A stretch of DNA of 13,832 bases, from NCBI GenBank assembly GCA_036339465.1, contig JAYZAY010000010.1:1-13832 (forward strand), written 5' to 3'. The number at the start of each line of letters is the position of its first letter. Within the stretch, counting starts at the first letter, position 1. The stretch comes from Myxococcota bacterium (GTDB taxonomy: Bacteria; Myxococcota; XYA12-FULL-58-9; JABJBS01). Shown here in pieces: positions 1-9,336 of this stretch. The notes below the pieces were generated by a model, which did not search any database, had not been told where the DNA came from, and saw only the letters and a program-made list of their open reading frames with translations. A program made the position numbers and the translations under genes.

Positions 1-229
1 CAATTCAGGCGCGGAGCCTACCTGCGTTGATATCAATGATTGCGCAACCAACAACGGCGGATGCGGCGATGAGACCTATGTCACCTGCACAAACAATTCA
101 GGCGCTCATCCCACCTGCGCAGATATCAATGAGTGCGCAACCAACAACGGCGGATGCGGCGATGAGACCTATGTCACCTGCACAAACAATTCAGGCGCGG
201 AGCCTACCTGCGCAGATATCGATGAGTGC
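1..229 (+). repeat. 93-bp coding tandem repeat (31 aa), at least 2.5 copies visible and probably continuing upstream
   Basis: CAATTCAGGCGC recurs at 1, 94 and 187. GATATC (Asp-Ile) recurs at 29, 122 and 215. The copies are nearly identical at the DNA level. Confidence 0.95.
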
Positions 230-2485
230 GACGAGGCTGCAGGAAATTGCAGCTCGGAAACCGGTCCTTATCCTGAAAATCCGCTTTGTGAAGCTTTCGA
301 ACCAATATGCGACACACCACAGACTACTCCCTGGTCGAGCGAAGAGATGTGGACGGGCACCGGAAATGGGGGCCAAGGTGCGGTAAGGGCTCTAGAAGGA
401 ACGTATTCTGATTTTCAGGCCTGGAAGGCGGCCAACCCATCCTACGACCATTCTCCGTGTGTCGGAGATTCCATGCGCGATTGTTGTTTGATTTTAAACG
501 AAAGTTCCGACGGGACCAACACCTGCCCGGTGCCCTACAACGATCAGGTGTTGACGGTCGTGGAAGGTGACCGCCTCACGGTCCGATTGCCGCCGTCGCC
601 GTGTGACTCAAGCAATACCGTGCCTCTATCTGGCTACTCCAAGGTGACCGCCGAATCCTTGCAAGCGCATCAGATCGGCTTATGTCAAGAGGAGGATGGG
701 ACGCAATACGGCTGCATTCATATCGATGGAAGGCAGGCGGGCCCGGCGAGTCTTTTGGTCGCTGCTTACTATGAGACCAAGCAAGGCGAGTGTTCTGCAG
801 AACTCAGTTTTGGAACATCACAATTCGGAGACGCGAGTTCCTCGGTGCTCACGTCCGCCTTCGGGGCTGGCTTAGATAGCCGTTTCAACAATGGACAAAC
901 CAACCTTCCACCCTGTTGCTTAAACACGATTATGCTTACGGTCAACGTGGTCAAGCCTGTTGTGGGCGAGACTCCAGACCCCATAGACAGAGATTTTGGG
1001 TGGGAAAAGGCCCGCATGGCCAAGGGTGGCATTATGTTGTGCAATGTATCAGTTCCGGTTTGCAAGACCATGCAAGAACAACTCCGAACTGTGATTGCCG
1101 CCAACACGGCTTCTTTCATCCCCAAAAACGATACCTGGCTGAGTTGTGAAAATGGCGATTTCCAAAAATCCAATACCCCAGATGGCGTGGTCGTAGGCGG
1201 GTGCGGAGACACCAGTTTTGTAAACTACGAAGTGTACATGAATAGCCAATATTACCTGGGTGCATTTGCCGGAGGCCCAACGGGTTTACAAACCTCCATC
1301 AACCGCAATGACGGCTCCGAAAACCCCACGGGTTTTATCAACGGCAGCCAGCCTTACAACTATGTTTTCGTACAAGACCTCAAAGACCAAATTGAAGCCG
1401 ATGGGTTAGACGACGCCATCGTTATCGGGCAGGCCAAGGCCTCGTTTACCGATTACCGGGTGTATCAATCTAACGCTTCTTCTAATTTCGAGACGAGAAC
1501 CTGGCAACCGATGAATCCAGATGATTGGGGCACGGGCGTGACCAGTATAAAGCCTGTTGACGCATTAAACGGACGAACCACGGTGTTGTCGTCTGATTCC
1601 ATACTCAGCAACTGCAGCTCGAGTTCGAATCCTTATTGTGTCGGCTTGGTGCGCCATAACCAATTGCGAGCGGAGGCCGGTTTGCAAGAACTACAATGGG
1701 ATACAGACTTAGAAGCGACCGCCAAAGGGTATGCGGATGATTTGTGCAAACGCAACGAAATCTCCCATTCAGCAGCAGGCTGGTTCTTCAACGGCGCTGA
1801 AAATCTCTACGAATCCATTCCCCCAAACAGCGGGGAAGACGAAGTGGATATTTCAGATCGCGGAATCATGTTGGCGCGAGCAGTGGAATCGTGGAATATC
1901 GAGCGCAACTTCTACAATTACGCGCGCATCGGCGCAAGCTGCCAAACCAATCATCTCTATACCGCTGGCAACGGGGCCGATTCGTATTCGCGTTTGTATG
2001 GTATGACAGGAGCTTCTCTGTGGGACGGAGCAATTTCGGATTTGATCCCGGCGAGTAAAAAAACCACCGGCCATTTCACTTTGATGATGCAGGCCATGGG
2101 CACCAAAATCGGGTGCGGGGCGGTGAGATGCAGCGAATTAGGCCCCACAAATGAGTCGATGCTGTCACCTCAGAACCGGTGGGTGGTTGCCTGCCATTAC
2201 GACAAGGGCAATTCCACCGGGGATTTCCCATTCTCAGAACGCGCTGCCTACGCTTTCACCCATGATATGGAGACCGCTTCATACAGCGATGATTCGTCTC
2301 TCTGTATCCAGCCCTGCGATGGGGCCATGAGCACCGCCGAACGAACCTCTCTGCAAGCAATCGACGCCCTCATAGTCCTCACCGACACCCCAGCCGCAGG
2401 CTACCAGGAGCCGGCTAAGGGGCAGTGTTTGGTGCCTCAGCTGCCAATCATCGACTACAAGCCGGCTTCTGAGGTGTCGGAGTAA
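2..2485 (+). CDS. Large Cys-rich, probably exported protein, 5'-truncated by the window edge: cbEGF-like tandem repeats, unknown Cys-rich middle region, C-terminal CAP/SCP/PR-1 domain
   Basis: The frame starting at base 2 is open through ATG 347 to TAA 2483-2485 and reads NSGAEPTCVDINDCATNNGGCGDETYVTCTNNSGAHPTCADINEC..., so the ORF-track start at 347 is internal. CAP motifs lie at about 1655-2233: HNQLR, LQWD, SHS, GAENL, W..E..YNY, GHFT, IGCG...C, VVACHY.KGN..G.FPF. Confidence 0.9.
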   Translation, partial: NSGAEPTCVDINDCATNNGGCGDETYVTCTNNSGAHPTCADINECATNNGGCGDETYVTCTNNSGAEPTCADIDECDEAAGNCSSETGPYPENPLCEAFEPICDTPQTTPWSSEEMWTGTGNGGQGAVRALEGTYSDFQAWKAANPSYDHSPCVGDSMRDCCLILNESSDGTNTCPVPYNDQVLTVVEGDRLTVRLPPSPCDSSNTVPLSGYSKVTAESLQAHQIGLCQEEDGTQYGCIHIDGRQAGPASLLVAAYYETKQGECSAELSFGTSQFGDASSSVLTSAFGAGLDSRFNNGQTNLPPCCLNTIMLTVNVVKPVVGETPDPIDRDFGWEKARMAKGGIMLCNVSVPVCKTMQEQLRTVIAANTASFIPKNDTWLSCENGDFQKSNTPDGVVVGGCGDTSFVNYEVYMNSQYYLGAFAGGPTGLQTSINRNDGSENPTGFINGSQPYNYVFVQDLKDQIEADGLDDAIVIGQAKASFTDYRVYQSNASSNFETRTWQPMNPDDWGTGVTSIKPVDALNGRTTVLSSDSILSNCSSSSNPYCVGLVRHNQLRAEAGLQELQWDTDLEATAKGYADDLCKRNEISHSAAGWFFNGAENLYESIPPNSGEDEVDISDRGIMLARAVESWNIERNFYNYARIGASCQTNHLYTAGNGADSYSRLYGMTGASLWDGAISDLIPASKKTTGHFTLMMQAMGTKIGCGAVRCSELGPTNESMLSPQNRWVVACHYDKGNSTGDFPFSERAAYAFTHDMETASYSDDSSLCIQPCDGAMSTAERTSLQAIDALIVLTDTPAAGYQEPAKGQCLVPQLPIIDYKPASEVSE

Positions 2486-2650
2486 AGCTTAAATGAAGGG
2501 CCCATGAAGCAGCATTTTGTGGATTTTTGGAGCGGCCCCATTATGCCTCCTAAGGAAATGCAATCCAAATCCGATGAAGCGCTGTTTCCTTTAAAGCAGA
2601 CACACACCCGATGTTTTATTGCTTTGGTAAACGTGGGGAGCCCTGGGATT

Positions 2651-3493
2651 TTAAAGCAAATAACGCGCATGATGGCGCAGGTGATCTTCCATGAGGGTGG
2701 CGATGAAGTAATACCCGTGGTCGTAATTTGAGTGACGGCGTAGGTTCAACGCCTGGCCATGCTCCCGGCACGCCTCTTCGAAAAGATGGGGATGCAATTG
2801 TTGCTCCAGAAAATTGTCGCTTAACCCTTGGTCAATTAAGATCTCTGTGGGGTGTTGGCTTGTTTTCACCAGCTCGGTGGCATCGTACGCTGCCCATCTC
2901 CAAGACTCATGCCCCAAATAACCCTTGAATGCTTTTTTGCCCCATGGACATTGCGACGGCGCGCAAATTGGGGCGAAAGCAGAGATGGAACGGTAGGCCT
3001 GCGGCTTCTTCAGGCCAATGGTTAACGCCCCGTGCCCGCCCATGGAGTGCCCAAAAATACTTTGATGGCCGGGCCCCCTACTTGGAAAGTGGTGGTCAAT
3101 GAGGGCGGGCAATTCTTCGGTAACATAGCTAAACATCTGATAATGCTTAGCCCACGGCGCTTCGGTCGCATCGAGATAAAACCCCGCGCCAAGCCCAAAA
3201 TCCCAATGCTCCCCTTCACCGGGAAGGTCATGGCCCCGTGGACTTGTGTCTGGAGCCACGAGCAAGAGACCTAATTCAGCTGCCAGTCGCTGTGCCCCAG
3301 ATTTGGTCATAAATGTTTCCGGGGTACAGGTCAGACCTGACAAATAATAAAGAACCGGGGTGGGGCCCTTTAAACCCTGGGGAGGTTGATACACCGAAAA
3401 CTTCATCTCCCCCGAACAAAGGCTCGAGTCATGTCCGTAAAACCCGACGGTTCCACCAAAACACCCATGCTCACTGTAGGTTGTGATTTTCAT
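2651..3493 (-). CDS. fghA: S-formylglutathione hydrolase (esterase D family, FghA/FrmB/YeiG)
   Basis: 280 aa with LYYLSGLTC, PDTSPRG, WDFGLGAGFY, the nucleophile motif GHSMGG, and DQG.SDNFL / YDHGYYFI completing the catalytic triad. SD AAGGGGA upstream. It starts 19 bp downstream of frmA. Confidence 0.97.
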   Translation of the reverse strand: MKITTYSEHGCFGGTVGFYGHDSSLCSGEMKFSVYQPPQGLKGPTPVLYYLSGLTCTPETFMTKSGAQRLAAELGLLLVAPDTSPRGHDLPGEGEHWDFGLGAGFYLDATEAPWAKHYQMFSYVTEELPALIDHHFPSRGPGHQSIFGHSMGGHGALTIGLKKPQAYRSISAFAPICAPSQCPWGKKAFKGYLGHESWRWAAYDATELVKTSQHPTEILIDQGLSDNFLEQQLHPHLFEEACREHGQALNLRRHSNYDHGYYFIATLMEDHLRHHARYLL

Positions 3494-3512
3494 AAAATCC
3501 CCTTCAACGCCC

Positions 3513-4703
<1,191 letters not shown>

Positions 4704-5082
4704 CTACGGAAGCCAATAATCTACCAAAAGTCTCCCCCGGGCGCCTATCTATGCACAGCTTAGGGCGAGATTAAAGTGCCTAGGGGTTTTAAAACCATCA
4801 TTTAGGCCCCAAGCAACGCAAAGAGTGCACCCACGTTGCCCTGCCATCAAAATCCCCCCCTACCCTTCTCCAAAATCCCAACGAAGAACATCCAAAAGAG
4901 AGCACAATCACGACGCAAAATGCACCGGTCCAAAGCTTCGAACACATCCGAGCCATCCATCATCAAAACAAATCTGCTTAAACTTCGGAGGACTGAGCCC
5001 GGGGAGAATCTCAAGGCGTTGATTGGCAAAGGCTAAACGAAACATATGCAGGTCATACGGAGACCTCTCTCAAACTCCTGAA

Positions 5083-5128
5083 AAAACAAGAAAGCAAGAA
5101 AACAAGAAAGCAAGAAAACAAGAAAGCA
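5083..5128. repeat. Short tandem repeat AAARCAAG x5.75, alternating AAAACAAG/AAAGCAAG (16-bp higher-order unit)
   Basis: Read directly: aaaacaag aaagcaag aaaacaag aaagcaag aaaacaag aaagca. Confidence 0.95.
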
Positions 5129-5293
5129 GATCAATCGCGTAATCTCCTGTTTCGTTCGAAACTTTCTAGCCACTCACCGGTTTGATGGTCAGCGCCGGTG
5201 CGACCCCTTCGAACGGGTGATTTTAGGGTATTCTCTTGAGTTCCCTCACCCTAACCCCGACCCTGAGATCTCGCAGTCTCATTAGGATATACA

Positions 5294-6721
5294 ATGAAAT
5301 TGTTCATCATTTTTCCCGTCATCTTCTCTCTTGGATTGGCCCAAAGTGCCCTCGGCCAAACCCGAGAAGGCAGGGGCACCAACCAAACCCGACAAGACAG
5401 AGGCACCAACCAACCCCGAGAAAAAGAAACACCTGAAAGCATCTATATCAACAACCCAGATCTTAACGAGACACCCGCGGGTATGCTCGATGTGGCGCTC
5501 ACCAACCGAAATCCCGATTGCCGGGTTTACGCTACGGATGCCAATGACGGTGACTATGGCTCGCAAGGCGCCACTGACCGATCCAACCTCGACCAATCAG
5601 CGCCGTTTTATCCCGGCACCGATGTTACCAGCATCGTCCACATGGATCTTGTGATCGTAAGTGGTGACTATATCCAAGATCCAGCGAACCCCACCATCCC
5701 CGGAGGTTGGGACTATGAAAAGGTCACCCAAACGACCAATCCCAAACGCGCAACCCACTGCCGAATGATTCACAACATGATCCCAAATCACGATTTCGGC
5801 TGGGATGTTGGGAACCCTTCTCAACCCGATGTCTGGGTTACTGAGATCGACCACGACGACACACAGGTCACCTATATTCCAGTGCATCCGAGGTTTTCCG
5901 ACCCATTGGTCGCAGACGATACCGATAGAAACGCCTCGAATTTCATGGACTACGATGGTGTTCTTCTTAACGGCATAGGCATCGCGATGGATTCCGGGTT
6001 CTGTTACAACCCCGGTGATTCGAGAGCCAACACCGCCGGTAATTCCCTGGGATGCGGCGGTTTGTCTGTTTGGTACGAGATCCCCGCTTATTCGCTCCAT
6101 GAGCCCTCTTCAGAAAACATGGCTGCAACCTTTGACCAATTCTTTGGTCACGGGTACGAGGGGTCCTATCACTACCACGCAATCACTCACCCGCTACAAA
6201 AAGACGATGACAAAACCGTCGGCCCCCAGGGCGGCTCTCCTTTGATCGGATTTGCCAAGGATGGATTTCCCATCTTTGGCCACTGGTTCGTCGATATCAA
6301 GGGTAATCTGGTCAAGGCGACGTCAGGCTACGTCCTAAAGACCTACGAACTCAATAATGGAAACTCGCGGGATCCTTATGTTGGTCTACCCACCAATGTT
6401 GACCGAGGAACGCCGCCCACCCCATGGGATATTGCCAATCGTCCTAAAGATTTTCGCAGTGATTTTGGATTGCCCCTAGGCAGATACATCGACGACTGGG
6501 TTTATGACAACGGCAGCACTGGCAATTTGGATGAATGCAACGGAGCCACCGACATCAACGGCGTCTACGGGTACTATATCACAGATAAATATCCATTTGG
6601 CCCCATCTGCACATTTGGTGTTCATGAACCATCTTTTGGCAAAGTACCACCTTTAAGATGGCATGATGAAACCTCGGAGAACACTGTCGATGACGACGGT
6701 CATTCCATTAATGGTCACTAA
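5294..6721 (+). CDS. Secreted YHYH-domain protein
   Basis: SD AGGA at 5284-5287. Sec signal peptide MKLFIIFPVIFSLGLAQSALG. YHYH-family motifs IPNH, GVLLNGI, GH...SYHYH, SPLIGFAKDGFPIFG and GNLDECNG...YGYYIT..YPF. Confidence 0.9.
   Translation: MKLFIIFPVIFSLGLAQSALGQTREGRGTNQTRQDRGTNQPREKETPESIYINNPDLNETPAGMLDVALTNRNPDCRVYATDANDGDYGSQGATDRSNLDQSAPFYPGTDVTSIVHMDLVIVSGDYIQDPANPTIPGGWDYEKVTQTTNPKRATHCRMIHNMIPNHDFGWDVGNPSQPDVWVTEIDHDDTQVTYIPVHPRFSDPLVADDTDRNASNFMDYDGVLLNGIGIAMDSGFCYNPGDSRANTAGNSLGCGGLSVWYEIPAYSLHEPSSENMAATFDQFFGHGYEGSYHYHAITHPLQKDDDKTVGPQGGSPLIGFAKDGFPIFGHWFVDIKGNLVKATSGYVLKTYELNNGNSRDPYVGLPTNVDRGTPPTPWDIANRPKDFRSDFGLPLGRYIDDWVYDNGSTGNLDECNGATDINGVYGYYITDKYPFGPICTFGVHEPSFGKVPPLRWHDETSENTVDDDGHSINGH
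5357..5422 (+). repeat. 27-bp imperfect coding repeat (QTREGRGTN QTRQDRGTN QPRE) directly after the signal peptide
   Basis: caaacccgagaaggcaggggcaccaac / caaacccgacaagacagaggcaccaac / caaccccgagaa. Confidence 0.9.
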
Positions 6722-6729
6722 AGAAATGG

Positions 6730-6907
6730 GATCAGGCTAACTTGATTGACAATGCGCCAGAGGGCTCTAGATCACGACCACACTCACTTGCCCCAATGGG
6801 GTCACTTTCTGCATGATGACCAGGGTGAAGAGATTGCCCATTCCATGTTCCGATTTATGGAGGCGACCCCGCTACCTCGGTTTTCCTTGGTTTTCATCAA
6901 ACGATGA
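6730..6907 (+). pseudogene. Frameshifted C-terminal remnant of an alpha/beta hydrolase (haloalkane-dehalogenase-like)
   Basis: The frame at 6770 reads DHDHTHLPQWGHFLHDDQGEEIAHSMFRFMEATP, resembling the haloalkane dehalogenase C-terminus (PH..I..AGHFLQED.GEE.A.....F...TP). A one-base shift near 6760 joins it to upstream LIDNAP(GA). No N-terminal part is present. Confidence 0.65.
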
Positions 6908-7070
6908 TTACTTCATTCGCGCGGAAACAAGAAAAACGGGGCTAAGGCCCTATAACAACCTCTGGAGCTTTGCCGAAAAATCTCTTGATTTTATTTGGTT
7001 TCGCTTCCATCTCGGGGTTTAATATCAGGAACTTGATTAGAGAAACTTTCCCTCCAGTCGAGGTGTTTCT

Positions 7071-9272
7071 GTGGCCTGGTCAACACGTGACAGACTCTTG
7101 TATACCACGGCATTTTTTGTCTCAGTGCCCAAAATTTTAGTTGCGTGCTTGGCACTAGACCTTCTTATTAGCCATGTTGGCCCCTCCCATCTTCCAACAT
7201 ACTTTTCTCTTTCTGCCATTATCGGGATCTCGGTGTCGGCAGGTGCTGCATACGTGAGCAAGAAGGCCTCGCCAATCACCACAACGTTCATGCTTCATCT
7301 TCTCATTTTAAGTTCGGTTATCGCCGCAATCATGGCCGACTCAATGGTAGTGAGAGCCCAAATCATTTTCTTGACGGTAATGGGCAGCGGTGTCGGCGTC
7401 TACTTCAATACATGGTCTCTCGCGCAGCATCTCACAACACCATTCGAATCAATCCGTATATTCCCTAAAATAGGATTGGCCATTGAGTTCGGTGGCGTGA
7501 TTGGTGCCGCGTTGGCGGTCTCAGTCATTTCCGGAGTTCCAAAGTTGTACTACCTCTGGTTTTGGGGGGCGATTGAAATCGCAACCGTGGTCCAGTTTGG
7601 CTTGGTTCTCATAAAAAGACAAACCGCGTCACTCCGCATCCCGTCTACAGCAACTCGGGACCAACAAAAACAAAGCAGCACAAACATTTTAGAAAAGCTC
7701 AAACAATACCATTCTATTCCCGTGATTACAGTATGGGTATTTCTCTTCGCCCTCGTCTATTTCAGCATACTTACTCTTGTGGGAACATCGTTTGAAAAAT
7801 CAGGTTACAATCTGACGGTGCTTTATGGTTGCCTGGATCTCATCGGAGCACTCTTCTCTTTCTTTTGCCTTAGTTTCGTCTATCCAAAAGTCAAGCGCTG
7901 GGCTGGGCTGGCAACCTGCTTACTCCTGGTGAGCAGTGTCCTGTTTTGTGTTGGCATTTCCTACTTTGTGGGGGATTTTTTCACGACTGCGGTGCTTGCT
8001 TATTTGATATTTAAAGTAGCGAATAATAGTTTCATCATTATAACTGTTTCAAACAAGCTCACCCTCTACCCTCAGCGCGACCGCGACCAGCTTCGGCTGG
8101 TTGCAGATATATGGTCCTTTGCTGCTGGATTCATGTTCGTGGGCGTTCTTTTCTTACTCCCAAAGTCGTTACTCTATCCCAGCCTAACCACCCTTCTAGG
8201 ATTATTGGTCATTGTCTCTGCGGCCTTAAAGAAAAGATACAATGCAGAGGTCAGCAAGTTTCTAGATGCCGACGAAGCCGAGCTCAAGGAGAACGCTGTT
8301 GTTGTATTTGACCAGTTTTCGAAAGAAGCGGAATTAAAAAAGCTCATTTATATATTGCTCGAGTCTAAGGATCTCCATCTTAGACTAAGAGTTCTACAGA
8401 CGTTTGCACACACACCAAACGCTAAACCTCTTCCTGCAATTATCGACCTTCTCCTTCGAGATGAAGAGCACGATCTACAAGCTGGATGCATCTTGTGTCT
8501 TGAACGACTTCCCCCACACCTATTCGGACCGTTTCTAGAACACGAAATGCGCGAGGCCCTTATGGGCCTGAATACAACCTCTCCATCGGCGCGGTTGCGC
8601 TCTATCGCCCTTCGGGTTTTGGTGAAACACTGCCCTGGCGAAACCACCATTCGGTTCATCATGAAAGCGCTTGAAGATACAGACTACCGCGTTGTCGCCG
8701 ATGCCGTCGAAGAACTTGCAATTCTCGACTATCCCGGTGTTCCAGAACTTGCGCTACCCTTTCTGGCCAACCCGGCGCCTCGCGTGCGTGGCAACGCCAT
8801 CATCACACTACGGCATCATCACGCCTTCCTCGACGAAACCCGAGAGGCGCTCTTGGCCCTGCTCGATTCCGATAAAGTAGAAGAAATCGCAAGCGGTATT
8901 TATGCCGTTGGTGAAACCAACGACAGTACCCAACTCGACCGAGTGCGAGAATTGTTGATTTCAAATGATTTGTCGATCAAACGTTGCGCCGCAATCACCT
9001 TAGTGAAGCTGGGAGAAATGGAGATATGTGAGTCAGTAGTTGATATTATTACCGGGGATGATGAACAAGATGCAATCAACACGGCATATTTAACGCTTCG
9101 ACTAGAGTCCACGGTCCTATTTGAGGAGATTCTTGCCCGTATCTACAACCAAGGCCCCGAAGCCCGCGAAAAAGCCGCAAAACGTTACGAACGATGCGCT
9201 CCTTTTCAAAACGAGATCGTCAACCTCTTGACAGGTAAATCCGGAAGCGACTTTTTGGTGCGACACGAATAG
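7071..9272 (+). CDS. MFS/NTT (TLC)-like membrane transporter fused to C-terminal HEAT repeats
   Basis: GTG start with SD GAGGTG at 7060-7065 and an in-frame TAG at 7038. About 12 hydrophobic segments in the first ~385 aa, including TPFESIRIFPKIG...FGGVIGA. HEAT-like repeats follow (ALEDTDYRVVADAVEEL, PFLANPAPRVRGNAIITL, ELLISNDLSIKRCAAITL). Confidence 0.8.
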   Translation: MAWSTRDRLLYTTAFFVSVPKILVACLALDLLISHVGPSHLPTYFSLSAIIGISVSAGAAYVSKKASPITTTFMLHLLILSSVIAAIMADSMVVRAQIIFLTVMGSGVGVYFNTWSLAQHLTTPFESIRIFPKIGLAIEFGGVIGAALAVSVISGVPKLYYLWFWGAIEIATVVQFGLVLIKRQTASLRIPSTATRDQQKQSSTNILEKLKQYHSIPVITVWVFLFALVYFSILTLVGTSFEKSGYNLTVLYGCLDLIGALFSFFCLSFVYPKVKRWAGLATCLLLVSSVLFCVGISYFVGDFFTTAVLAYLIFKVANNSFIIITVSNKLTLYPQRDRDQLRLVADIWSFAAGFMFVGVLFLLPKSLLYPSLTTLLGLLVIVSAALKKRYNAEVSKFLDADEAELKENAVVVFDQFSKEAELKKLIYILLESKDLHLRLRVLQTFAHTPNAKPLPAIIDLLLRDEEHDLQAGCILCLERLPPHLFGPFLEHEMREALMGLNTTSPSARLRSIALRVLVKHCPGETTIRFIMKALEDTDYRVVADAVEELAILDYPGVPELALPFLANPAPRVRGNAIITLRHHHAFLDETREALLALLDSDKVEEIASGIYAVGETNDSTQLDRVRELLISNDLSIKRCAAITLVKLGEMEICESVVDIITGDDEQDAINTAYLTLRLESTVLFEEILARIYNQGPEAREKAAKRYERCAPFQNEIVNLLTGKSGSDFLVRHE

Positions 9273-9336
9273 GCAATTCAAACTGCCAAAATCCAAAAAT
9301 TAAAACTATCCTCTGCAATTTCCGCGACCCTTCGTA

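Noticed and set aside
1..229. Possible CRISPR array (also considered for 9507-9587)
   Set aside because: The repeats are contiguous with no unique spacers, and there are no cas genes.
27..386. 119-aa ORF with internal repeats
   Set aside because: It is an alternate-frame shadow of the 93-bp EGF-like repeats. Frame 2 gives the meaningful Cys pattern and is continuous with the long ORF.
2486..2496. GCTTAAA just after the CAP gene stop, matching part of the 11-bp repeat unit
   Set aside because: A 7-bp match is expected by chance.
4825..5036. Short ORFs, with a possible N-terminal dehalogenase relic (IPPYPSP / NPPLPFS resembling NLPDYPF)
   Set aside because: The similarity is only a few residues in a C-rich tract, and no following LHGEP-type motif is present.
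7071..8230. T-rich, lower-GC appearance of the transporter 5' half as a sign of chimeric origin
   Set aside because: It is adequately explained by hydrophobic-residue codons in transmembrane segments, and I did not quantify it.
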